From positions 1 to 47,494 of the forward strand of contig JBNJGH010000013.1 of the NCBI GenBank assembly GCA_051747585.1: a DNA stretch of 47,494 bases. The letters are read 5' to 3'. The DNA is from Candidatus Rifleibacteriota bacterium. GTDB taxonomy: Bacteria; Muiribacteriota; Ozemobacteria; Ozemobacterales; Ozemobacteraceae. The notes under the pieces were generated by a model that saw nothing but the letters and a program-made list of their open reading frames with translations, had not been told where the DNA came from and did not search any database. Of this stretch, positions 1 through 9,158 are shown piece after piece (the first letter of the stretch is position 1; the number at the start of each line of letters is the position of its first letter). The translations under genes and the position numbers were made by a program.

Positions 1-85
1 AATCTGGCGGTTTATACATATCCCGAGAATTATTAATCCTTGTTAAAAGCAACAGTAGTTCTTTATTTGATATTCTTGGCTGTAT

Positions 86-195
86 AGAGATTGCTTCGCT
101 TTGCTCGCAATGTATTCTGGTTCACTATATAATGACAATTTGGGTCTGTCATTGCGAGGAGCAGAGCGACGAAGCAATCTAAAAACTTGAAGCGC
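86..195. repeat. Inverted pair of GTCATTGCGAG...GAAGCAATCT palindromic repeats (family B)
   Basis: Plus-strand copy gtcattgcgaggagcagagcgacgaagcaatct at 148-180 and a shorter minus-strand copy at 86-112; 131-195 resembles 41768-41845. Confidence 0.85.
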
Positions 196-241
196 TTTTT
201 ACGAGTAAACGTAGATTTATGAAAAATTAAATATCTACTCG

Positions 242-294
242 AAAAAAAATAGTGCGATTGATCGGTTAAAAGCCGATCAGTCGTTGCTTTTTTT
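242..294 (+). terminator. Intrinsic terminator-like hairpin
   Basis: 14-bp stem gcgattgatcggtt/agccgatcagtcgt (254-284, three G-U pairs) followed by a T7 run and preceded by an A run. Confidence 0.6.
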
Positions 295-319
295 CGGGTT
301 TTGAAATAGATTAGTTCCG

Positions 320-676
320 ATGAACATAAAATACAGAATTTTATCGGTCGGTTTGTTGCTGATCATTTTAATTTTATCGGTCAGCAATGTTATGGCGTGG
401 CCGAAAGATTACGTGCTCGAGTTAACGATTATTACAGACAAACAGGAAGAGTTTGTTTCGATCATAGAATTAGATGACCGACAGTTCCGTGATTTAAAAA
501 ACGATACCAATTTTCAGATAAAGCCTTATCTGGTTCAAGCCCGAAAAGACTACGCCGATGAAATAGGCTACAGAAAAGAAATCTACGGTAAAGATAACTA
601 CAAAATGGTAAATATAACTAATTACAGTTTTGTAGTTCGAGATAAATCAAGCGGCAGAGTGCTGCTTAAGAAATAA
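320..676 (+). CDS. Hypothetical exported protein (118 aa)
   Basis: Sec-type signal peptide (basic N-terminus, hydrophobic core, VMA cleavage-like site); co-oriented with the downstream gene. Confidence 0.75.
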   Translation: MNIKYRILSVGLLLIILILSVSNVMAWPKDYVLELTIITDKQEEFVSIIELDDRQFRDLKNDTNFQIKPYLVQARKDYADEIGYRKEIYGKDNYKMVNITNYSFVVRDKSSGRVLLKK

Positions 677-714
677 ATTCTGCAATTTTGCATGACCAGC
701 TATTGGAGGAGGCC

Positions 715-3327
715 ATGAATATTATAAAAAAATACTTGTTAGTTATTGCTGTTTTTTCGATCTTGTTCAGTTCAACAGGTGCTTATGCCTTAATCAAGTC
801 TCCTCCGGAAAAAGCCATTTTGCCAAATGGTATGCGGGTAGTAGTGGTTGAAGATAAAAGTCTGCCCATGGCCGCTGTAGGACTGATGTTCGATACTCAG
901 GTCGCTGCTGCTACAAATTGCAACAGAGGTTTGGGGCAAATTTATCAGCATCTGCTAAGAAATTCAGGTTTTGCTGATCAGACAAGATATGGTTTTAATG
1001 CCGAACTGGAAAAAGTCGGTATCATGACCGAATTTGCAGCAAATTCAGAGGTTTTTTACTCAGCCTGTCAGGGTAATGCCGACCAGCTTTTAACCATGCT
1101 TGAAGCTGTAAAAAAACTTGGGTTTTTATTGAAGCCTGATCCAGAAGATTTTGCGACAGCAAAAAATGAGGCGATTCGTTTTTTAAAAAACTCAAAGAGG
1201 TTTCCTCTTTCGTCTGGTCTGATGACAAGAAAAATGTGGAAAGATATTTATCCCGGGCTTAACTATGAATGCCATGGGCCTATCAAAAATAACAAACTTA
1301 ACCGAACTCAGTTTAAAGATCTTGAAGCATTTGCTCAAGAGGTTTTTGTGCCTAACAATGCAGTATTGGTAGTAGTTGGTGATGTTAATGCTACTGATGT
1401 GTTTAAAGAGTCGGTTAAAGTTTTTGCTGAGCCGAAGGCTGCTCAGCTTAAAAAAGCCAAAATTACCAGAGATGATCATGCAAGGTCTCGTAAAAAAGAA
1501 GCCATAGAGTTTTATGATATAGACAATACCAACGTATTAATTGGTTTTGAAGCCCCGGGACTCGCATCTACTGATATGCCGGCAGCCGGTTTGTGGCAGG
1601 CTCTTTTTGATGGAATAAATAATTCATGGCTCGATATGGTTGTTAAAAAGGAATTTCCTGATTTAACCAATTTGAGCGCTTCTTATTTGCCGGGTAAAGA
1701 CAAAGGGCTTTTTGTAATTGGTTTTACCAGCGAAGATTCAGATGTGAACCGGCCGGTAAATTTTATTCTTTCGTCTCTGGCCAACATGCATTCAAATCCT
1801 CCCAGGGGAGCCAAGCTGAGTCGTCTAATTGACATGCAGCAGCTTAAAGACCTGGAAAAAAGCGAAATGAGGCTTGAACGGGTTTACGATCTAGGTTATG
1901 CCGAAATTATAGATTCTTTTAGAATCGCTGACGGTCTTGTTGCCGCCTATAGCAGAGTAACCCCCCGGGATATGAAAATGGTAGCCAGACAGATGTTTAC
2001 CCAGAGCAGATATGCTGTAAGAATAGGCTATCCTCTTGCAATGCAGAAGGCTGAAAAAACGCCGTTACAAATGAAAAAGCTTGATAATGGTCTGAACTTA
2101 ATGGTTCGCAATTATTCAGGTAGTGAAATCGTTGGCTTGAGTATTCTTTTTGGCATTGATTCATGTTCAAACAACGAAAAAGATAAACGCATGGCGGCAA
2201 TTGTTGCTGAAATGATTGCAAACTATGTTAATGACAGAGAAAATCGGCACCTTAACATGGAACTCGATAAAATCGGAGCAAGTCTGAACTCGGTTTATGT
2301 GAATGATTTTTTATTGATAAATGCTCGAACCCGGAAGTCAAATGTTGAAGATCTAGTTAAACTTTTGGGCAATCTTATAAGGAATCCGGAGTATTCTATT
2401 CCGTTCTTTAAAAAATCAAAAGAAAAATTGATCTCTCGTTTAAAAAATAAAGAGAATGCTCTAGCGGAAAATTTAAAACAGAAGGTTATCGAAAAACTTT
2501 ATCCCGGCTTGAATATATATTCGGCTGTGTCAGATAAAGACAATATAAAAAGCATAACTTTCGAAGAAGTTCAAAAATTTTATAAATCATGGGCTGTAGG
2601 TAGAAATATGCATGTCGCAGCTGTAGGAAATTTTAATGAAGAAAAGATTATGAAAGAGCTTTCGCTGGCATTTGCTGGCCTTCCGACCGGTGTGGTTAAT
2701 GCAAAAAGCCAGTGTCCGCCTTGGGTAGCCAGTCCTTTGAGCGAAACTTCCGTCGAAACAATTTCTTTGCCGGAACTGGAAGACAGTGCTGTTATATTGA
2801 CTGCTTTGCGTATGAAGCCATTTTTGCTTATTAATCAAAAGGTGGGCTTGAGGGAAGACTTTGGGGCCAATGTAGCGATTGGACATGTTTTGTTTTCAAG
2901 TAAAAATGCTATGTTAGTTAAAGAATTAAAAAAAATCGGGGCTTATCAGGGATTGGAAGTTAAATATCTGACTAACCTAACTTACTCGCTGTTTTTCTTT
3001 AAAGTTCAAGTTCCATACGAAAAGCTTGAAGAAGTAAAAAAAGTTATTAGGAAGCTTCTTGGTATGATACCAGAATTAAAAGTTTCAAAGGAAAACATTG
3101 TTGCGGCGGGCTTGAGTCTCAGGTCCATGTTAAATCGACAGTTGGAAAAATCTGATGCCCAGGCAGCAATGCTGGCAAGCTATATGTACAATGGCCTGAA
3201 TGAAAACTTTCTTAATGATATACTTGATGTTTACAGCTCTCTTAGTGTTGAAGACGTGAAAAACGCAGCAGCAAACAATTTTAAAAACTATTATATGCTG
3301 ATCGGTGTTCCGGAAGATAAAAAATAA
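715..3327 (+). CDS. Exported M16 (insulinase/pitrilysin) family protein with two M16 halves, probably catalytically inactive
   Basis: LPNGMRVVVVED and KLDNGLNLMV M16 starts, FVPNNAVLVVVGDV motif; GGAGGAGG RBS before ATG 715; signal peptide; the HxxEH position reads QIYQH. Confidence 0.85.
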   Translation: MNIIKKYLLVIAVFSILFSSTGAYALIKSPPEKAILPNGMRVVVVEDKSLPMAAVGLMFDTQVAAATNCNRGLGQIYQHLLRNSGFADQTRYGFNAELEKVGIMTEFAANSEVFYSACQGNADQLLTMLEAVKKLGFLLKPDPEDFATAKNEAIRFLKNSKRFPLSSGLMTRKMWKDIYPGLNYECHGPIKNNKLNRTQFKDLEAFAQEVFVPNNAVLVVVGDVNATDVFKESVKVFAEPKAAQLKKAKITRDDHARSRKKEAIEFYDIDNTNVLIGFEAPGLASTDMPAAGLWQALFDGINNSWLDMVVKKEFPDLTNLSASYLPGKDKGLFVIGFTSEDSDVNRPVNFILSSLANMHSNPPRGAKLSRLIDMQQLKDLEKSEMRLERVYDLGYAEIIDSFRIADGLVAAYSRVTPRDMKMVARQMFTQSRYAVRIGYPLAMQKAEKTPLQMKKLDNGLNLMVRNYSGSEIVGLSILFGIDSCSNNEKDKRMAAIVAEMIANYVNDRENRHLNMELDKIGASLNSVYVNDFLLINARTRKSNVEDLVKLLGNLIRNPEYSIPFFKKSKEKLISRLKNKENALAENLKQKVIEKLYPGLNIYSAVSDKDNIKSITFEEVQKFYKSWAVGRNMHVAAVGNFNEEKIMKELSLAFAGLPTGVVNAKSQCPPWVASPLSETSVETISLPELEDSAVILTALRMKPFLLINQKVGLREDFGANVAIGHVLFSSKNAMLVKELKKIGAYQGLEVKYLTNLTYSLFFFKVQVPYEKLEEVKKVIRKLLGMIPELKVSKENIVAAGLSLRSMLNRQLEKSDAQAAMLASYMYNGLNENFLNDILDVYSSLSVEDVKNAAANNFKNYYMLIGVPEDKK

Positions 3328-3331
3328 AAAT

Positions 3332-3371
3332 AAAAAAAGCCTGCTCATTATTTTATGGGCAGGCTTTTTTT
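3332..3371. terminator. Bidirectional intrinsic terminator
   Basis: aaaaaaagcctgctcat...atgggcaggcttttttt between convergent genes. Confidence 0.85.
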
Positions 3372-3381
3372 ATTTTAAAAC

Positions 3382-4245
3382 TCAGCTTGTAAGATAGTTG
3401 AGCAGATCATCTGATCTGCGTGGGTTTCGTAATTTTGACAAGGCTTGCGACTCTATCTGGCGAACTCTTTCTCGGGTTACCCCCAGAAGTCTGCCAATCT
3501 CTTCGAGAGTGTGAGATTTGGTCTCATGAAGCCCGAATCTGTGCATCAGCACAATCCGCTCTCGCTCTGTCAGTGATGTCATAATGCGGTTTAATTCCTG
3601 CTCTAAGGAGCGTTTTTCCGCTTCGGCAAGAGGGTCTGATTCGTAGTCTGTGATAACATCGCGCAAATACAAATCTTCTTCCGGATCCACGGGGGTGGTA
3701 TCCATTGATACAACCGAAGGAATATCTCTTAAAAATTTGCGCAAATCTTTAGGTTTCATAAAAGCTGCTTCTGCAAGCTCTTCAAGTGTGGGCTTGCGGT
3801 TCAGCTTTTTTTGCAAAGTATCTTCGAGCTTTCTGATTTTCAAGCCGGTATGTACGCGGTTCAATGGCAATCTGATTGGATTACCGTGGCTTGAAACTAT
3901 CTGAATCATTGCTTGACGTATCCACCAGACAGCGTAAGAAATGAACCTGACATTTTTGTTGCAGTCGAATCTTTTTGCTGCCCGCATAAGACCAAGATTT
4001 CCGACGGCAATGAGGTCTTCAAAGGGAACGTCGTTGATGTGTCTGTATCTTTTGGCCACTGCAACGACAAATCTAAGGTTAGCCAGTATCAGGCGTGCCT
4101 GAGCTCGAGAATCACCGGTTTTAACCCTCTTTAGTAGTGTTATTTCTTCTTCTTTGCTTAAAGGTGGATATTTCTTCAGGTCCTTGAAGTAATTCTTAAG
4201 AAGCAGATTATCTTTATCAAAGTCATGTTTTTGAATACTAGCCAT
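3382..4245 (-). CDS. RNA polymerase sigma70-family factor (RpoD/RpoS-like group 2, no region 1.1)
   Basis: Region 1.2 YFKDLKKYPPLSKEEE; region 2 NLRFVVAVAKRY...FISYAVWWIRQA; region 4 TLEEIGRLLGVTRERVRQIE. Confidence 0.92.
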   Translation of the reverse strand: MASIQKHDFDKDNLLLKNYFKDLKKYPPLSKEEEITLLKRVKTGDSRAQARLILANLRFVVAVAKRYRHINDVPFEDLIAVGNLGLMRAAKRFDCNKNVRFISYAVWWIRQAMIQIVSSHGNPIRLPLNRVHTGLKIRKLEDTLQKKLNRKPTLEELAEAAFMKPKDLRKFLRDIPSVVSMDTTPVDPEEDLYLRDVITDYESDPLAEAEKRSLEQELNRIMTSLTERERIVLMHRFGLHETKSHTLEEIGRLLGVTRERVRQIESQALSKLRNPRRSDDLLNYLTS

Positions 4246-4339
4246 TTGAATCTCCGTTTCTTTTCTGACTGCTCAGCTCTTTGTCGTGTACATAATTTTG
4301 TTCCTCCTGAACGTCATTATGTACGGCAGGCTGATCTTA

Positions 4340-4366
4340 CAATCGGAACTTTTTTATAATTTTTTA
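4340..4366 (-). promoter_or_regulatory. Putative sigma28-like promoter of the sigma70 gene
   Basis: Minus strand TAAA-N15-TCCGATTG versus consensus TAAA-N15/16-GCCGATAA. Confidence 0.5.
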
Positions 4367-4535
4367 ACTGAAACAGGAAAAATTTTTGTTACCTTAACAG
4401 TTTCTGGTAGAAAAACTGCTAAACCTCTCTCTGGTTAACAATTTGTTAAACTCTTTAATTTTTTACTTTACTCTCTCTCAAATCCATCATAGCATTTTTT
4501 TGTTGGAGTTGCAATACTTGGTTACTAAAAAAGTA

Positions 4536-6530
4536 TCAATTTGTGCCAGGCTTATAATGATGGATTAGCTCATTAAGCAAGCCGCTGGTTCCTCGTCTTT
4601 TGCTGTAAAACAGCGGCGTAGAAATATTTCTAATTTTTTTTGTTATTTCTCTTAATAAAGTATGAGAAATTTGTTTAATTATTATTATAATTAAATCGTA
4701 ATTTTCCAGTCTGGATAAAAATTTTCCGGAGCTTTCAAAACCGCTTACCCAGGTCACATCAAGGTTAAAATTTTTCAGCGATTCAACATAATCGGTTCCA
4801 ACATAATCGCCGCCTAAAATAATTATCTTTCGGCCTCCAAAGTCGTATTGAGGTAAGTTTGATTCCGGGGTTTCAATTTTTCCACAAACCTGGCATTTTT
4901 CGTTAGCTCGCAAATCTCTGGCAAGTTGATTTTGCTCGAGTTTGTCGAAACATTCAGGGTCTGAACAAACTCCTGTGAGTGGCAGACGCAATCTTGCAGA
5001 ATTTAAAGCCTGGCGATAATCATTTTCAAATTTAATTTTGTTCGAGTTAACCGGCTCTGCTTTTATCGAAATCTTTTCTAACTCCTTAAGCAGGCGGCTC
5101 CTGCTGTAATTCTTTAAACGTAAAAATTTAAGAATTGTTGGAAGGGCGACTGTGTTTATTACGTTTTCGATATCTGTTCTTTGGTTTTCTAAAAGTGAAA
5201 AACCATAGATGCCGGGTTCTCTATTGCCTTGTCCTGCTAGATATATGGCCTTAACCGGTAAGAGTAGATATTTTTCTTCAACTTCACAGAACACTTGATA
5301 ATCTTTTTCAGGTCCAACCAGAACAAGATTGTTTCTGTCGTTGTTGAAATAACCTGAAATTATTTTTTTGCCTTTTTCGAGGCTGAGAAGCTTTTTGATT
5401 TGCTTTCGATCATCTAGATATGCGCAGCAGTATTCGTTTAAAGCAATCTGGTTTTTAACTAACAATTTTTCCGGCAGTTCCAGTAATTCACCCCCAAACT
5501 CGTCGAGCAGCCATTGAAGGGAATTTGAGTCTGTCTCAAAATTAATGATCTGACCGTAAGTATTTTGGTAGGCTCCTTCATCATGGTTTTCATTCAAAAG
5601 GTTCTGCAGGTTTGAAATTTTTCTTTCCTGGTCTTCAAAATTATGTTGTTGAGCTTTCAGAGATTTAACTTTATCTTCAAGACGTTGAATGAGCCGGTCT
5701 TTTGTGTCCAGTTGCTTCTTGAGTTCTTTGAGCCGGCTTTCATTTTTATTTAATGCCTGAGACAGAGAATTGAGTTTGTTGGTAAGCTCGAGCTTTTCGC
5801 TGACTCTAATTTCGGTTATTTCGGGATCTTTGTTTTCGTTGGTAACAAGTTGGCGATTGAGCTCTTCGATCTGTTTTTCAAGATCGGATACAAAGTTCTT
5901 GAGCTTTTGGATTTTTTTGTCTTTATCTCTGAGATTATTTTGTAGAGCTTTGACTTCGTTCGAATTTTTCTTAAGGCTCTGCCTTAAATCTTTCAGCTCA
6001 AAATTCAATTGCTCGTTTTGTTTTTGCAGGTTATTAAATTTTTCAAATTTTACTGTTTTTTCTTCAGCTGGTTGGGGGGCAGTATTTTCTTGCATGGCTT
6101 CACTCAGCTGCCTGGTTTCGAAATATTTTTTATAAAATTTATCCATGCCTGGCCTGGGGTCAATAAATGATAAGATTTCTATTTTTTCTTTGTTTCCAAA
6201 CTCTCCTGAAAGCAGTTTTTCAAAAGCAGCGTCATCTGAACGAAGGCCGGTAAAAGCCATGGTTTTACTGTTTTTTTCTACCCAGTTAAAAAAAATAATT
6301 TTGCGCAAGTTGGCATCTTTTCTGGCAAAGTCAATAATTTTTTCAATTAATCCATTTTTATTGGTAATTTTTTTCTTTCTGATAAAGCGGGCGCAGCTTG
6401 TCCAGAGAAAGGGATTTGGTTTTAACCAGGATATTAGATCCTGGTCTGAGGTGTCATGGCAGATTAGCTTCAAAAGCTCAATGTTTTCGTGCAACTTTGC
6501 AAAAACCGGTCCCCAGAAATCGTTATTCAT
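4536..6530 (-). CDS. Coiled-coil protein with C-terminal DUF2325-like domain and a Cys cluster
   Basis: Long heptad-rich region; CSDPEC...CQVC; C-terminal IIILGG...DLIIIIIKQISH...RGTSGL pattern typical of DUF2325; overlaps the end of mutS by 8 nt. Confidence 0.65.
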   Translation of the reverse strand: MNNDFWGPVFAKLHENIELLKLICHDTSDQDLISWLKPNPFLWTSCARFIRKKKITNKNGLIEKIIDFARKDANLRKIIFFNWVEKNSKTMAFTGLRSDDAAFEKLLSGEFGNKEKIEILSFIDPRPGMDKFYKKYFETRQLSEAMQENTAPQPAEEKTVKFEKFNNLQKQNEQLNFELKDLRQSLKKNSNEVKALQNNLRDKDKKIQKLKNFVSDLEKQIEELNRQLVTNENKDPEITEIRVSEKLELTNKLNSLSQALNKNESRLKELKKQLDTKDRLIQRLEDKVKSLKAQQHNFEDQERKISNLQNLLNENHDEGAYQNTYGQIINFETDSNSLQWLLDEFGGELLELPEKLLVKNQIALNEYCCAYLDDRKQIKKLLSLEKGKKIISGYFNNDRNNLVLVGPEKDYQVFCEVEEKYLLLPVKAIYLAGQGNREPGIYGFSLLENQRTDIENVINTVALPTILKFLRLKNYSRSRLLKELEKISIKAEPVNSNKIKFENDYRQALNSARLRLPLTGVCSDPECFDKLEQNQLARDLRANEKCQVCGKIETPESNLPQYDFGGRKIIILGGDYVGTDYVESLKNFNLDVTWVSGFESSGKFLSRLENYDLIIIIIKQISHTLLREITKKIRNISTPLFYSKRRGTSGLLNELIHHYKPGTN

Positions 6531-9132
6531 TTGCCATTTCCTTGAGTCGCTGCAAAAGATTCAGAGCCTCCAGAGGGGTAGTATTGTCGATATCCATTTG
6601 CTTGAGAGTGTCGACAACTTCATTGGTGGGGCTGAAAAGACTTAATTGAACCGGCTCAGGGCTTTCGCGCAGCGATCTGGTTACTCTGCTCAACTCTTGT
6701 TGCTCAGATTTTTCCAGCTCAAAAAGAATTTCTTTGGCTCGATCTATTACGTGACCAGGCAATCCTGCAAGACGCGCTACTTCTATGCCGTATGATTTAC
6801 TTGAGGGGCCATTGTTAATTTGATGAAGAAATATCATTTCACCGGTCTCTTCGTTGTTGCTTATGCCGACATTCAGGTTAAATATGCCATGATGCACAGT
6901 GTCAAGGTCGGTAAGTTCATGATAATGTGTAGCAAACAGTGTTCTGGCTTTCAACTCGATGTTTATAAATTCAAGAATAGCCCAGGCAAGCGACAGGCCA
7001 TCAAAAGTAGAAGTTCCCCGACCTATTTCATCTAAAATCAAAAGACTTCTGGAAGTGGCATTTTTTAAGATTGCCGAGGCTTCCATCATTTCAACCATAA
7101 AGGTAGATTGCCCTCTTACAAGGTTATCTGAGGCGCCCACTCTGGTGAATATGCGATCGACAATGCCTATATCAGCCTGCTGAGCGGGTACGTAAGAACC
7201 AATCTGGGCGAGTAAAACTATAAGGGCTGCCTGGCGCAGATAGGTAGATTTACCGGCCATATTTGGCCCGGTTATAATGGCCTGGGTGGTGTTAGAGTTG
7301 AGTTCTATGTCGTTGGGGTTAAAGTCACCCTTTTCCAAAAAGGCTTCTACTACCGGGTGTCTGCTGGCGTTAATTCTAATTTCGCTATCTTCATTAATTT
7401 CAGGGCGGCAATATTGTTGATCATGTGCCAGTTGAGCAAGAGCAGAAAGAACATCAATTCGGGCAAGCAGTTCTGCATTGAGCTGAATTTCTTTTATAGC
7501 CTCAGAAACATCTTCTACCAGTTGATCAAAAATTTCTTTCTCTATTGCAAGCGCTTTTTCGCTTGCTGAAAATGCGCGGTTTTCAAAATCTTTGAGTTCA
7601 GCGGTAATGAACCTTTCGCCGTTGGTTAAAGTTTGTTTTCGAACATAGTTTTCGGGAGCCTGGTCTGCCAGGCTTTTGGAAATTTCGATAAAATAGCCAA
7701 AAACATTATTTTTTTTGACCTTTAAGGTTTTAATTCCGCTTCTGGCTTTTTCCTGCTCTTCAAATTTTTTGAGCCAGGCGTCACCGTTGCGCATTAGAGT
7801 TTTAAGCTCATCGAGTTCTTTATTAACTCCGGTTTTGATGAAATCACCATCAGATACGGCGGCGGGTAATTCATCCTGAAGATGCGAGTTAATCTTATCG
7901 GTTAATTGACTTAAAGGGGCAAAGCCTTCTCTGACGGGATTCAAAGCATCTTCGACCAAAAGAGATTGAAGAACCGGAATCTTTTCGAGCCCACGAGCCA
8001 AAGCCTGTATATCTCTCGGGTTTCTGCTTCCGAGAATGATTTTGCTTAGAATTCTTTCCAGATCAGGGGTGCCTTTTAATTGTTCCCTTATGTCGGCCAG
8101 CATAAGCTGATTGTTAAAAAAAGCGCTTACCATATTCTGGCGATGATAAATAGCATCTGCCTGAATAAGAGGCTTAAGAAGCCAGCGCTTGAGCAGTCTT
8201 GCGCCCATACTGGTTTTGGTGCGGTTAACTACTTCAAAAAGGTTTCCTCCGGAATTGTTAGAGGAGGGAAGTAGCTCGAGATTTCGTAATGTAGCTTCAT
8301 CTAACACCATGCCATCGCCCAGTTTGTATTCAGAGGGAAGTTTTAAGTGTTTTAGCGATCTTCTCTGGGTGTCAAGCAGATGTTCGCTTAGAATTCCCAG
8401 GGCTTTAAGGCTTAGGGCTGATAGAGATAAAAATCTGGCTTTGTGCTCTTCGGGAAAAAGTCGAGCTAAAGCATCTATTGACTCTCTTTCGCTGATTTTT
8501 GCCGGATGCACCTCTGCGTTTATGAGTGCCCATGGTGGATTCTTCATGTCAACTTCAGGTTTATCACTTAATACAAGTATTTCTCTGGGTTGAAGTCTGG
8601 TAAATTCTTCTGTTAAGAAACGGCTTTCGTTGCTATCGCCTTTGCTAAAAATGAATTCGCCGGTACTAAGTTCAACGGCGGCCAATACAAAATTATCGTT
8701 TTTTTGAGCAAATGCTGATAGATAATTGTTGCTGCTATCTTCAAGCATTTGCGGATCTGTTACGGTTCCGGGCGTAATTATGCGTACTACTTCTCGTTTA
8801 ACCAGACCTTTGGCTTTTTTAGGGTCTTCGACCTGCTCGCAAATTGCAACGGTAAAACCTTTGCCTACAAGTTTGGCAATATAACCGTCTATACTGTGAA
8901 AAGGAACGCCGGCTAGAGGAACCGGGTTGCCGCTGGCTTTTCCTCTCGCTGTGAGTGTGATTTGCAGCTCTCGGGCAACCAGCACCGCATCTTCGAAAAA
9001 AGTTTCGTAAAAGTCGCCGCACCTGAATAGCAATACTGCAGAAGGATTCTCAGCCTTGATATCTTTATATTGCTGTAATAAAGGCGTTAAACCTTTTTCG
9101 CTGTTTTTGTTTTTCTCTGCTTTTCCAGGCAA
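6523..9132 (-). CDS. mutS: DNA mismatch repair protein MutS
   Basis: GDFYETFFEDA mismatch-binding motif, ITGPNMAGKST Walker A, STFMVEM, LDEIGRGTST, SYGIEVARLAG. Confidence 0.97.
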   Translation of the reverse strand: MPGKAEKNKNSEKGLTPLLQQYKDIKAENPSAVLLFRCGDFYETFFEDAVLVARELQITLTARGKASGNPVPLAGVPFHSIDGYIAKLVGKGFTVAICEQVEDPKKAKGLVKREVVRIITPGTVTDPQMLEDSSNNYLSAFAQKNDNFVLAAVELSTGEFIFSKGDSNESRFLTEEFTRLQPREILVLSDKPEVDMKNPPWALINAEVHPAKISERESIDALARLFPEEHKARFLSLSALSLKALGILSEHLLDTQRRSLKHLKLPSEYKLGDGMVLDEATLRNLELLPSSNNSGGNLFEVVNRTKTSMGARLLKRWLLKPLIQADAIYHRQNMVSAFFNNQLMLADIREQLKGTPDLERILSKIILGSRNPRDIQALARGLEKIPVLQSLLVEDALNPVREGFAPLSQLTDKINSHLQDELPAAVSDGDFIKTGVNKELDELKTLMRNGDAWLKKFEEQEKARSGIKTLKVKKNNVFGYFIEISKSLADQAPENYVRKQTLTNGERFITAELKDFENRAFSASEKALAIEKEIFDQLVEDVSEAIKEIQLNAELLARIDVLSALAQLAHDQQYCRPEINEDSEIRINASRHPVVEAFLEKGDFNPNDIELNSNTTQAIITGPNMAGKSTYLRQAALIVLLAQIGSYVPAQQADIGIVDRIFTRVGASDNLVRGQSTFMVEMMEASAILKNATSRSLLILDEIGRGTSTFDGLSLAWAILEFINIELKARTLFATHYHELTDLDTVHHGIFNLNVGISNNEETGEMIFLHQINNGPSSKSYGIEVARLAGLPGHVIDRAKEILFELEKSEQQELSRVTRSLRESPEPVQLSLFSPTNEVVDTLKQMDIDNTTPLEALNLLQRLKEMANE

Positions 9133-9158
9133 AATTTATCCTTTCAATACAAAAAGAT

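Noticed and set aside
1..36. Possible 3' end of an upstream CDS (NLAVYTYPENY-stop)
   Set aside because: Too short to support.
4273..4275. Alternative genetic code or selenocysteine at the leader UGA
   Set aside because: TGA is an ordinary stop in several genes here (sigma factor, HEAT, smg, EF-G2) and no SECIS was recognised; only local readthrough remains possible.
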